The notes under the pieces: model-generated
The model's database searches: none
What the model saw: only the letters and a program-made list of their open reading frames with translations
Told to the model about the DNA's origin: nothing
In this document: positions 38,843-48,137 of the stretch, piece after piece
How positions within the stretch are numbered: the stretch's first letter is position 1
How the letters are laid out: every line of letters begins with the position of its first letter
Translations under genes and position numbers: made by a program
Assembly: GCA_965208245.1 (NCBI GenBank)
Contig: OZ242325.1
Span: 1,395,699 to 1,459,698 of the forward strand
From: Candidatus Poribacteria bacterium
GTDB lineage: Bacteria; Poribacteria; WGA-4E; WGA-3G
Direction: 5' to 3'
DNA length: 64,000 nt

Positions 38843-39874
38843 ATGGAAACAGCAATAATCGCTATAATAGCAGTATGTGTATTACTGTTCTTAATAGTCA
38901 TTGCATGGTTAGTTCCCCTCGGTTTATGGATTACTGCTATTGCTGCTGGCGTTAAGGTTGGAATTTTTGACCTTGTCGCAATGCGTTTACGACGGGTACC
39001 ACCAGCTGGCATTGTTGAACCACAAATCAACGCAACAAAAGCCGGACTAACATTATCACTAGACGACCTTGAAGCACACTACCTCGCAGGTGGACGTGTC
39101 GGAAGCGTAGTGGCTGCTCTCATTGCAGCAGACAAAGCTAACATTCAGTTGGACTTTGCACAAGCTGCCGCAATTGACTTAGCTGGTAGAGATGTATTAC
39201 AAGCAGTTCAGTTGAGTGTTACACCAGAGATTATTGATATACCAAGTAATGAAGACGCAGCAAATGGCATTACTGCAGTCGCCAGAGATGGTATCCAACT
39301 CATCGTTAAAGCACGTGTCACTGTCAGGGCAAATATTGACAGACTTGTTGGTGGTGCGACAGAAGATACTATTCGGGCAAGGGTGGGTGAAGGTATTATC
39401 ACAACAATAGGTTCATCCGCAAATCACAAACAGGTGTTAGAGAATCCAGTAAGGATATCCGAAACTGTCCTTGAGAAAGGACTTGAAGCTGGAACAGCTT
39501 TTGAGATTCTCTCCATAGATATTGCTGATATAAATGTCGGTGAAAATATCGGTGCAAAATTACAGACGGATCAAGCTCAAGCTGAACTCAAGATTGCACG
39601 CGCAAAAGCTGAAGAACGAAGAGCAAAAGCCGAGGCAGAAGAGGAAGAAAACAAAGCTCTCGTAGAAGAAATGACCGTCAAACTGATTGAAGCAGAAGCC
39701 GAAATCCCGCTTTCTATATCAGACGCTTTCAATTCAAAAAACATGAGCGTTATGGACTATTATACACTACGGAATATACTCGCTGACACAGAGATGCGAC
39801 AATCCATTGCAGCACCTGGCGGTTCAGATGAAGGTGACACAACACGGTCAGCACATTCCCTAGGCCTATCTTAA
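38843..39874 (+). CDS. floA: Second FloA paralog (tandem), with an extended E/K-rich C-terminus
   Basis: The same FloA blocks as above (about 65% identical by eye). Separated from the first copy by 1 bp. Confidence 0.85.
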   Translation: METAIIAIIAVCVLLFLIVIAWLVPLGLWITAIAAGVKVGIFDLVAMRLRRVPPAGIVEPQINATKAGLTLSLDDLEAHYLAGGRVGSVVAALIAADKANIQLDFAQAAAIDLAGRDVLQAVQLSVTPEIIDIPSNEDAANGITAVARDGIQLIVKARVTVRANIDRLVGGATEDTIRARVGEGIITTIGSSANHKQVLENPVRISETVLEKGLEAGTAFEILSIDIADINVGENIGAKLQTDQAQAELKIARAKAEERRAKAEAEEEENKALVEEMTVKLIEAEAEIPLSISDAFNSKNMSVMDYYTLRNILADTEMRQSIAAPGGSDEGDTTRSAHSLGLS

Positions 39875-39895
39875 ACCGATCTGAAGGAGATACGA

Positions 39896-40369
39896 ATGGA
39901 ATTCAATCTTGAGGCATTAATACCGATTATACTTGCAATACTTTTCATCGTTTTTGGTGGTTCACGCAGACGCAAACCAACACAACGTCCTGCACAAGAT
40001 CCTCAGGCAGCTGAATCAAACACTTTTGAGGTAGATACCGCTAACGATAGCGATGTTGTGTTTCCACCCTTCATGGATAATTTTGAGAGCGTTCCAACAG
40101 AGATGGAAGTATCACAACGTAATCAGACGATTGACGAAGATATGAACGCTCAAATGGTGGCAGAAAAATCTGAACCTGTCCCTGAACCTACACCACAGAG
40201 GAAACCTATAGAGACACCTCCTATTCCAGTAGATTCACCAACGCGTTTGCCATCAAGACCTTTGCCTATAACTTCTCTAATCGAACTGAATCCAGATACA
40301 TTTCGACAAGGTATTATCTTGGCTGAAATATTGGGACAACCAAAGACTTTCGGCAATCGGAGACGTTAA
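39896..40369 (+). CDS. Small single-pass membrane protein, paralog 1 of an uncharacterised pair
   Basis: N-terminal TM helix and an acidic low-complexity middle. Conserved C-terminus PPIPVDSPTRLPSRPLPITSLIELNPDTFRQGIILAEILGQPK shared with the next ORF. Confidence 0.6.
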   Translation: MEFNLEALIPIILAILFIVFGGSRRRKPTQRPAQDPQAAESNTFEVDTANDSDVVFPPFMDNFESVPTEMEVSQRNQTIDEDMNAQMVAEKSEPVPEPTPQRKPIETPPIPVDSPTRLPSRPLPITSLIELNPDTFRQGIILAEILGQPKTFGNRRR

Positions 40370-40836
40370 TGGATTTAATTGTGTGGACACGTATTATTGT
40401 ACCACTCACTATCCTAATATTTGTCATATATGTTGTCATATCAGCGAATCGATTGGATAAGCAGATTAGACAACAGAAAGTTGATGCAAAGTATCAGGTC
40501 AAGACTCCTATTGTTTCCACAAATACTGATCATGATGTCAATGATAATTTTGATGGGTTATATCCTTTGCCTGAGGAACTACAGAAGACAGATGAAAGGT
40601 CAGAAGTACCTGAACTACAAACGGTTACTGAGAAGATAAATAAGGAAGTCGAAACAGCCACTGGTGTTGACGAGACATCAGGTACTACACCGCCAATACC
40701 AGTGGATTCTACATCAAAACTGCTTTCAAGACCGATTCCTATTACATCATTATTAGAATTGTCTCATCAAACACTCCTTGACGGTATAATCTTGTCAGAA
40801 ATCCTTGGCAGACCCAAATGTTTACGCGGACGCTAA
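40369..40836 (+). CDS. Small single-pass membrane protein, paralog 2 (translationally coupled to paralog 1 via TAATG overlap)
   Basis: N-terminal TM helix. C-terminus PPIPVDSTSKLLSRPIPITSLLELSHQTLLDGIILSEILGRPK. Confidence 0.6.
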   Translation: MDLIVWTRIIVPLTILIFVIYVVISANRLDKQIRQQKVDAKYQVKTPIVSTNTDHDVNDNFDGLYPLPEELQKTDERSEVPELQTVTEKINKEVETATGVDETSGTTPPIPVDSTSKLLSRPIPITSLLELSHQTLLDGIILSEILGRPKCLRGR

Positions 40837-40847
40837 TGAATCGAGCA

Positions 40848-40966
40848 GGACTTACACAAAGGATTGGATTTAACAACGCATTGAACGAATATCGCAAAGA
40901 ACGGGCAATGAATGGTTTCCTTACTACCAACACTCTAACTTCTAATAATGAACAAAATGCGTAAGT
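40848..40966. repeat. Possible diverged MITE relic sharing only the terminal inverted repeats of repeat family C (caggacttacac ... gcgtaagtcttg)
   Basis: The 12-bp ends match the family C terminus and its complement. The internal sequence is unrelated. Confidence 0.3.
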
Positions 40967-40993
40967 CTTGTTCTTATAGCTAAGGTTGAATCA

Positions 40994-43159
40994 ATGCGTC
41001 ACAGATATCAGCACTTTCTAATTCTATTTCTATCCCTCATACTTTGTCCACTCAGTGCTAATCAACCTGAAAAGAATTCGAAATTAGATTTGTCTACTGA
41101 AATGGAGATTCCGCCTTATGCCAGACACCTCAAAGGGATAAAGGTATGTCTTGATCCTGGACATGGGGGGCAAGAACATATCCCAGATTTCAAACAGGGT
41201 CCTACAGGTCTCCGAGAAGCGGAAATAAACCTGAAAGTTGCCAAGTATCTTCAAAGTCTCTTAGAAAAAGTAGGCACTACTGTCATTATGACGCGTGATG
41301 ATGATTCTTATGTAAGTTTAGTTGACAGAAGCGAAATTGCTAACAATAATCAAGCAGACTTCTTCATATCAATACACCACAACGGAATTAATGATAATCC
41401 TGAAGTAAACTACACCTCTACCTGGTATCATGGTGATGCAGATGACTCCCGACCGAGTCTTGACATTGCTCGTTACGTTCAACAAGGTGTCTCGGACGCG
41501 TTACGTCTCCCAAACTCACCATCCACTGGACTCTATTCAGACAAGTTAATAGTTGCATCAGGTTTTGGTGTATTGCGCATGACAAAATGTCCCGCTATCG
41601 TATGTGAAGCCTCCTTCTACACAAACCCTGAAGAGGAAGCCAGATTAAAGAACGATCAATATCTGAAGAGAGAAGCTTACGGCTATTTCGTCGGTATAGC
41701 ACGATATGTTGAATCTGGATTACCGAAGGGTGTTCTAATCACACCAGAAAATGAATCTATAATTCAGACAAAGGTGCCAACAATTAAAATAAAAATCATG
41801 GATGGTTTACATGAGCGCGGTGCGTGGATGTTAAAACGGCAGCAGATCTTTACTAATTCCTTATGTGTGAAAATCAATGGATCGGCGTATCCTTTTCAAT
41901 ATGATCGTGACACCGATATAATCACGGTTGAAGTTAAGGAACCTTTAGCGAATGGACTTCATTTTGTTCAAACAAACATGGTGAATTACTATGGAAACCA
42001 CAGTTTGCCTCAACCGCAGCAATTTAAAATAGCACCACCTGCAACCAAAATTGAACTGAATGCATGGACAATGAACATGCCATACATTGGAAATGGATAT
42101 GTAGGAATTGTAGCTAATGCTCTTGATGCTGATGGTTTACCCATCGCTGATGATGAAATCGTCAGAGCAGAAGCATCTGTCGGAACACTTGCGTCTTCTG
42201 AAAGCACTTCAAAGGATGGAAAGGCATATTTTTACCTTAATGCACTTGACCATCTAAGTGAAACTGTTGTGGAAATCTCTTACGGTAAGGCACGGAATTC
42301 ACTAAAAATACATTTCACCGACATTCCAAACGGAGTCATTCAAGGATACGTTACCAATGCTGCTTCTAGTGATCCGATTTCACAGGTCAAATTGCACGCT
42401 TCACCGATGTTATCTGCTGAATCTGATCCTAAAGGACACTACTTTTTGAAAACAGATCCCGATTTGGATTATCCATATCAAACAACACTCAACTTCTCAA
42501 AACAAGGTTTCTATACTTATGAACAACATACCACCATAGAACAGAATAGGTCTACAATTGTCAATGTGGAACTTTACCCCATTGCTGGCAGTGCTTTTGA
42601 TAATACAACTATAGTCATTGACACAAAGACAGATACGCAGAAGACTCAAAAACTGATTTCTTCATTGAAAGACATGTTAGAAGTTGCCGGTTCAAAGGTA
42701 TTCAATATCCATACACCTGGGCAAACGATGTCCATTGAAGATCGGATTAAAAAAGTAAACAGTATTAATCAGGAAGGATACTATCTACAAATAAACCACA
42801 CGGCAAAGATTGAAGGAGAACCTATTGTCATAGCGAAACACAATTGTGGCAACCGGGAGACCGAATTTATGCAAAAGCGTATCCTTGAACAGTTCAACAG
42901 TAGACTCTATAAAACAACGGTTGAGACCATCCAAGATAGAGAAACACCAATAATCCAACAGACAAACAAATTAGCAATGACTCTTGAAATCCGTTCTATT
43001 GGTAATAAAGACTTTACATCAGAGCAGGAAGCATCTGCTATATTCTTAGGTATGTGGCAATTTCTAAAGGATGTTATAGAAATTGAGATGAAAAAAATAG
43101 AGAGATTTATGGAATATTACAACGGAGTTCAAGGGAATAAGGATGCAGATCACTTCTAA
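40994..43159 (+). CDS. N-acetylmuramoyl-L-alanine amidase (Amidase_3, AmiC-like) with a long C-terminal multi-domain extension
   Basis: Signal peptide. Amidase_3 catalytic region (GHGG..., ADFFISIHHNG, CEASFYTN). 721 aa in total. Confidence 0.8.
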   Translation: MRHRYQHFLILFLSLILCPLSANQPEKNSKLDLSTEMEIPPYARHLKGIKVCLDPGHGGQEHIPDFKQGPTGLREAEINLKVAKYLQSLLEKVGTTVIMTRDDDSYVSLVDRSEIANNNQADFFISIHHNGINDNPEVNYTSTWYHGDADDSRPSLDIARYVQQGVSDALRLPNSPSTGLYSDKLIVASGFGVLRMTKCPAIVCEASFYTNPEEEARLKNDQYLKREAYGYFVGIARYVESGLPKGVLITPENESIIQTKVPTIKIKIMDGLHERGAWMLKRQQIFTNSLCVKINGSAYPFQYDRDTDIITVEVKEPLANGLHFVQTNMVNYYGNHSLPQPQQFKIAPPATKIELNAWTMNMPYIGNGYVGIVANALDADGLPIADDEIVRAEASVGTLASSESTSKDGKAYFYLNALDHLSETVVEISYGKARNSLKIHFTDIPNGVIQGYVTNAASSDPISQVKLHASPMLSAESDPKGHYFLKTDPDLDYPYQTTLNFSKQGFYTYEQHTTIEQNRSTIVNVELYPIAGSAFDNTTIVIDTKTDTQKTQKLISSLKDMLEVAGSKVFNIHTPGQTMSIEDRIKKVNSINQEGYYLQINHTAKIEGEPIVIAKHNCGNRETEFMQKRILEQFNSRLYKTTVETIQDRETPIIQQTNKLAMTLEIRSIGNKDFTSEQEASAIFLGMWQFLKDVIEIEMKKIERFMEYYNGVQGNKDADHF

Positions 43160-44144
43160 GATCACTAAACTACAACTTAAACGTCCTTTCAAAATTTCGC
43201 GTCGTAAAACGGACCCTTATAGAAAGACGATCTTTGTTGAAATTGATGGGGGTATTGGTGAAGCATCTCCAGCAAAGTTCTATGGTGAAACTGTTGAAAC
43301 AGTTGAAACTGCACTGGGATTCATCTCTTCAGAATTGAACGAGGACCTTGATCAGAATCACGAGGTTATGTCAAAGGTAGCATCAATTTTAGAGGGTAAT
43401 TATGCTGCGAAATCTGCAATAGATATGGCACTCAATGACAGACTGGGTAAAAAACTCGGTGTTCCCCTATACAAACTCTTGGGACTCAATCCACTAAACA
43501 CACCACATACCTCGTTCACAATAGGACTCGATGAACCAACTGTTATGGCAGAGAAAGCATTAGCAGCTGATATGTGTCCAATACTGAAAGTCAAACTTGG
43601 AACAGCACGGGATATTGAGATAATGGAAACACTTCGCACTGTAACTGACAAACCGATATATGTTGACGCAAATACCGCGTGGTCACCAAACGAGGCAGTA
43701 CAGAAAATACATCAACTTAAAGAATATGGCGTAGAATTAATCGAACAACCGACAGAACCTGATGATATTGCAGGGTTAAAGTTCGTTCGCGAGAATTCTG
43801 AACTACCGATTATTGCAGACGAAAGTGTGAAACGTGCAAGTGATATACCGAGTTTATCAGGAGCAGTAGATGGCATAAACCTCAAATTAGTCAAATGTGG
43901 AGGACTATTAGAAGCGGTGAGAATGATACACGTTGCGCGCGCACACGGATTACGCGTCATGATTGGCTGTATGATAGAGAGTTCTCTTGGTATCACTGCA
44001 GCTGCCCATCTATCTCCACTCGTTGACTATGCAGATTTAGATGGAAATTTGTTGATTAAGAATGATCCATTTTCTGGTGTAACACTTAACAACGGGAAGT
44101 TAATGCTACCTGATAGACCAGGAATTGGTGCCGTCAAAACTTAA
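43143..44144 (+). CDS. Dipeptide (L-Ala-D/L-Glu) epimerase, enolase superfamily MLE subgroup
   Basis: KVKLG K-x-K motif; metal ligands in DANTAWS, E (LIEQP), D (IADES). 333 aa. Overlaps the amidase by 17 bp. Confidence 0.8.
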   Translation: MQITSKITKLQLKRPFKISRRKTDPYRKTIFVEIDGGIGEASPAKFYGETVETVETALGFISSELNEDLDQNHEVMSKVASILEGNYAAKSAIDMALNDRLGKKLGVPLYKLLGLNPLNTPHTSFTIGLDEPTVMAEKALAADMCPILKVKLGTARDIEIMETLRTVTDKPIYVDANTAWSPNEAVQKIHQLKEYGVELIEQPTEPDDIAGLKFVRENSELPIIADESVKRASDIPSLSGAVDGINLKLVKCGGLLEAVRMIHVARAHGLRVMIGCMIESSLGITAAAHLSPLVDYADLDGNLLIKNDPFSGVTLNNGKLMLPDRPGIGAVKT

Positions 44145-44172
44145 AAGCAAAAATGCAGAATAGGAGAGATAA

Positions 44173-44886
44173 ATGTCAAACCCTAACAGAAACGTCCTAA
44201 TCATAGGTGGTACAGGCTTCTTAGGAAGTGCCGTGACGAAAACATTTATATCATTGGGTGACACGGTCGCAGCCACATATCTGTTTGACGATGAAGTGGA
44301 AAGATTTAAGCAACACAATCCGGATCTTAGTGATGTCGTTACCTTTCTTTATGCCAATGTCACTGAGGAATCAGTAGTGCAGAAGACCATAGATGCTTGT
44401 ATTGATAAGTTCGGTCATCTTGATATATTGGTAAATATCGTTGGTGGGTTTGTTGGTGGTATTGACACAGTTGAACTTGAGGAAGATAAGTGGGATTTCA
44501 TGATGAACCTTAACCTCAAATCAGTGTTTTTATGTTGCAAAACAGTAATTCCGCACATGAAAGCACAGGGTTATGGCAAAATCGTAAACGTCTCTGCGCG
44601 TGCAGGACTAAAGGGTGAAGCGGGACTGAGTGCTTATTGTGTCTCTAAAGGAGGCGTGCGGACGTTAACAGAGTCATTAGCCGCGGAGGTGATGGATTCG
44701 GGTATCAACGTCAACTGCATAATGCCGAGTATAATGGATACCCCAATGAACCGAGATGCAATGCCTGACGAAGACTATACGCGTTGGGTAAAAACTGATG
44801 ATGTCGCAAAGGTAATCTGTTTTCTGACTTCTGATGAAGCATCTATTATCAATGGTGCTGCGATACCTGTTTATGGTAGGATGTAA
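44173..44886 (+). CDS. SDR-family oxidoreductase
   Basis: GGTGFLG Rossmann motif, NVSARAG, and YCVSK catalytic motif. Confidence 0.85.
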   Translation: MSNPNRNVLIIGGTGFLGSAVTKTFISLGDTVAATYLFDDEVERFKQHNPDLSDVVTFLYANVTEESVVQKTIDACIDKFGHLDILVNIVGGFVGGIDTVELEEDKWDFMMNLNLKSVFLCCKTVIPHMKAQGYGKIVNVSARAGLKGEAGLSAYCVSKGGVRTLTESLAAEVMDSGINVNCIMPSIMDTPMNRDAMPDEDYTRWVKTDDVAKVICFLTSDEASIINGAAIPVYGRM

Positions 44887-44920
44887 TTTATGGTAGGATG
44901 TAATTTATGGTAGGATGTAA
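44870..44920. repeat. Three perfect tandem copies of the 17-mer TTTATGGTAGGATGTAA spanning the SDR stop codon
   Basis: Seen directly. The first copy encodes the last residues YGRM and the stop of the SDR. Confidence 0.9.
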
Positions 44921-45211
44921 AAAGACATTATTCCTACATAATTGTGGTGAATAGATACTTGCAGTATATGTAACTCCTGGAAAATCGACTGGTAGAGCAT
45001 CGCGCACAACGGGGGCAAGTTGCCATGCATGCCGAGCATCAGTTACGGACGGTTCTCCGGCACAGTCTTGGAATTATGCCATTAAACTGTTAATTTGTTA
45101 AAGTTATAGTGGGTTGTTGGTTTTTGCTTGTATTTCTTCGCCATTTCTGATAAAATTGCCTCTAAAAGATTTTACAAGATAATTCAATCCGCATATATAA
45201 GGATATAACAG

Positions 45212-46492
45212 ATGGCACTTCCAAAAATGGCACGGGTCAGACAACATTTTGATGCACCTACGCTTCCAGACCTTAGATTTACAATTCGTGAGGAGTTAGA
45301 TCGGATTGGCGTTGCGTCAATTGTCCGTTCTGGTGAGACGGTAGCGATTACTGCCGGCAGTCGTGGTGTTGCCAATATTGCAACTGCAGTTAAAACAACT
45401 GTGGATTATCTCAAAGAAATTGGTGCAAAACCTTTTGTCGTACCAGCTATGGGGAGCCATGGCGGTGCGACAGCGGAAGGACAACGGAACGTATTAGAAC
45501 ATTACGGTATCACAGAGACCACTGTGGGGGCACCTGTGAAAGCAACAATGGAGGTGATGGAACTCGGTAAAATTTCGCACGGACGTGATGATACTGTACC
45601 CGTTTTCATGGATCGCTATGCTGCAGCGGCTGACCATGTTGTTCTTCTCAATCGTATCAAAGCACATACAGATTTCAACGGTTCCATTGAAAGTGGTCTT
45701 GTAAAGATGATGGTAATTGGATTAGGGAAACAGCAAGGAGCAAACTACTATCACCGAGCGTTCTTTCAGTACGGTTTCGAAAATGTTATCATGGCAGTTG
45801 GACGTTTTATCCTTGATACAGACAAAATCGCTTTCGGGTTAGGACTGATTGAAAACGCACATGAACAGACGGCTAGAGCAGTGGCGATGCCTGCTGCACG
45901 TCTTATACAAACCGAACGACAACTCTTAGTGGAAGCAAAATCGCTCATGGGGCAATTGCCATTTGCAGAATTAGACCTATTGATCGTGGATTTTATTGGA
46001 AAAAACATCAGTGGAACAGGTCTGGACTCAAATGTTATCGGTAGAATGATGCAGAATTTTGAACCAGAACCCGTGAAACCGCAAATCCTTCGTATTTTTG
46101 TCCGTGACCTTACAGAAGAGAGTGACGGGAATGCAACAGGTATCGGTCTCGCTGATTTCACAACGACACGACTCGTTGATAAGATTGACCGACATGCAAC
46201 CTATATGAACGGTATCACTGCACTCGGTCCACAGAAATCAAAAATCCCGTTCTACTACGATACTGATAGAGAGGCAATAGAAGTTGCACTTGAAACCATC
46301 GGTCTGACAAAACCAGAAAACTCACGTGTGATACGCATAGAAAGCACCTTGAGATTAACAGATCTTGATATCTCAGAAGTATTGCTGAAAGATGTACAAC
46401 TGCATTCAAACTTGGAGGTAGTAGGTGATGTCCAACCTTTCACATTTGATGAAAAGGACAACTTACTACCGTTTGCTTCGGAGGAACACTAA
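45212..46492 (+). CDS. LarA-like (nickel-pincer lactate racemase family, DUF2088 N-domain) protein
   Basis: The segment ETVAITAGSRG...PFVVPAMGSHGGATAEGQ...LEHYGI parallels the LarA N-domain (VAIVVSDITR...IVFALGTHR...). 426 aa. Function assigned by family resemblance only. Confidence 0.5.
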   Translation: MALPKMARVRQHFDAPTLPDLRFTIREELDRIGVASIVRSGETVAITAGSRGVANIATAVKTTVDYLKEIGAKPFVVPAMGSHGGATAEGQRNVLEHYGITETTVGAPVKATMEVMELGKISHGRDDTVPVFMDRYAAAADHVVLLNRIKAHTDFNGSIESGLVKMMVIGLGKQQGANYYHRAFFQYGFENVIMAVGRFILDTDKIAFGLGLIENAHEQTARAVAMPAARLIQTERQLLVEAKSLMGQLPFAELDLLIVDFIGKNISGTGLDSNVIGRMMQNFEPEPVKPQILRIFVRDLTEESDGNATGIGLADFTTTRLVDKIDRHATYMNGITALGPQKSKIPFYYDTDREAIEVALETIGLTKPENSRVIRIESTLRLTDLDISEVLLKDVQLHSNLEVVGDVQPFTFDEKDNLLPFASEEH

Positions 46493-47083
46493 GTGAAACG
46501 ATTGATAGTCGGTATCACAGGTGCAAGTGCAGTTGTTTACGGTGTCCGGCTTCTTGAAGTTCTCGCGAAACAAGAAGATATGGAGATTCATCTAACTATC
46601 TCCTCATCCGGTGCACGTGCTTTGCGGGAGGAACTGAAGATTGAGTTAGACATTAATGATTTCAAATTGCAATCCCTTATCGATATTGATACAAAGCAGA
46701 TCATTTACCACCATGAATCTGACATAGGTGCGTCAATTGCAAGCGGGTCATTCCGCACCGAAGGGATGATTGTTGTGCCGTGTAGTATGGGAACTGTCGC
46801 TGCAATTGCAGCAGGTATTTCACGCAATTTGATCCAACGTGCAGCGGATGTCTGTATCAAAGAACGACGTAAATTAGTCATCGTCCCGCGTGAAACCCCG
46901 CTAAGTTCAATACATCTGGAGAACATGCTGAAGTTGTCACGCGTTGGTGTGTGCATGTTACCTGCAATGCCAGGGTTCTACCATTTCCCGAAATCAGTGG
47001 ACGATCAGATCAACTTCGTTGTGACAAAGATACTGGATCAGTTCAGCATAGATTCTGGTTTGACACAGCGGTGGAAAGAATAG
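46493..47083 (+). CDS. ubiX: Flavin prenyltransferase UbiX (prenylated-FMN synthase)
   Basis: N-terminus MKRLIVGITGASAVVYGVRLLEVL with flavoprotein-family conservation throughout. 196 aa. Confidence 0.88.
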   Translation: MKRLIVGITGASAVVYGVRLLEVLAKQEDMEIHLTISSSGARALREELKIELDINDFKLQSLIDIDTKQIIYHHESDIGASIASGSFRTEGMIVVPCSMGTVAAIAAGISRNLIQRAADVCIKERRKLVIVPRETPLSSIHLENMLKLSRVGVCMLPAMPGFYHFPKSVDDQINFVVTKILDQFSIDSGLTQRWKE

Positions 47084-47122
47084 TTACGGATACCATTCCT
47101 AGTTAATAATACCTTATATTTC

Positions 47123-47217
47123 TGTAGGTCGGGTAGAGGAATGCCATTATAATATTAACTGGCGACATGTATTGATTGGACACATCATATCGGGTTTCGT
47201 ACCTCTACCCGACCTAT
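47123..47217. repeat. Repeat family B copy (short variant; arms TGTAGGTCGGGTAGAGG ... CCTCTACCCGACCTAT)
   Basis: Inverted arms as in the 55774 copy. The interior shares ttataatattaac with the insert in repeat A copy 1. Confidence 0.75.
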
Positions 47218-47251
47218 GAAAGAATGTGACAAGAACAATAGAATTAGTCTG

Positions 47252-48100
47252 ATGCGAAAACTCAAAATTATCCTTGAGATGATAAAGTTTGAACACACGG
47301 TGTTCGCGCTGCCGTTTGCAATTATGAGTGCGTTTATTGCATCGGATGGGCTGCCACCACTACCGAAGTTGGGTTGGATTCTCGTGGCGATGGTTGGCGC
47401 GCGGAGTTGTGCAATGGCGTTCAATCGACTCGCTGATGCAGAAATTGATAGCAAGAACCCAAGGACTTCAACCCGTGCTATTCCAGCAGGTCTAATCACG
47501 AAAGGATCCGTTTGGGTTTTTACGCTCGTTTCTGCTGGCTTGTTGGTATGTGCAGCATGGCGTTTAAATCCGCTTGCATTTGCGTTATCACCTGTCGCAC
47601 TTGCTGTCATAATGGGGTATTCGTTCACGAAACGGTTCACAGCACTTTCACATTTGTGGTTAGGACTTGCGCTCTCTATATCACCTATTGGTGCATGGAT
47701 CGCCATCACTGGCAGATTTGATTGGACACCGATAGTTCTCTGCTGTGTTGTGTTGCTATGGACAGCAGGTTTTGACATTATATATGCATGCCAAGATGTG
47801 AACTTTGACAGAAGACATGGACTGCATTCCATTCCTGCGCGGATAGGTATACGTTGGGCTCTATGGATTTCTGCTGCGTTGCATGTCGTTGCAGTTATCC
47901 TTCTATTTATCATTCCGCTCCTTGCGGAATTAGGACTATTTTATTTTATCGGTGTAGGGATTGTTGTTCTGATATTTATCTATGAGCATACCATTGTGAA
48001 ACCGAATGACCTTTCACGCGTCAATTTGGCATTTTTCACCCTTAACGGTATGATTAGTCTGGTCTTAATGGCACTTTCTATCACTGATATTCTATTGTAA
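47252..48100 (+). CDS. UbiA-family aromatic prenyltransferase (4-hydroxybenzoate polyprenyltransferase-like / MqnP-like)
   Basis: Start MRKLKIILEMIKFEHTVFALPFA. The Asp-rich motif region NRLADAEIDSKNPRT and a second DxxxD-like block are present. Eight or nine TM helices. Confidence 0.8.
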   Translation: MRKLKIILEMIKFEHTVFALPFAIMSAFIASDGLPPLPKLGWILVAMVGARSCAMAFNRLADAEIDSKNPRTSTRAIPAGLITKGSVWVFTLVSAGLLVCAAWRLNPLAFALSPVALAVIMGYSFTKRFTALSHLWLGLALSISPIGAWIAITGRFDWTPIVLCCVVLLWTAGFDIIYACQDVNFDRRHGLHSIPARIGIRWALWISAALHVVAVILLFIIPLLAELGLFYFIGVGIVVLIFIYEHTIVKPNDLSRVNLAFFTLNGMISLVLMALSITDILL

Positions 48101-48137
48101 AAGATGTCAATATTTGAGTTTTGGAGTAAAGAACTAC

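Noticed and set aside
38266-39030. Minus-strand ORFs 38266-38733, 38490-38855, 38579-38839 and 38818-39030 overlapping floA
   Set aside because: They overlap two highly conserved FloA coding sequences on the opposite strand. The translations are Ala/Ser/Leu-rich with no motifs.
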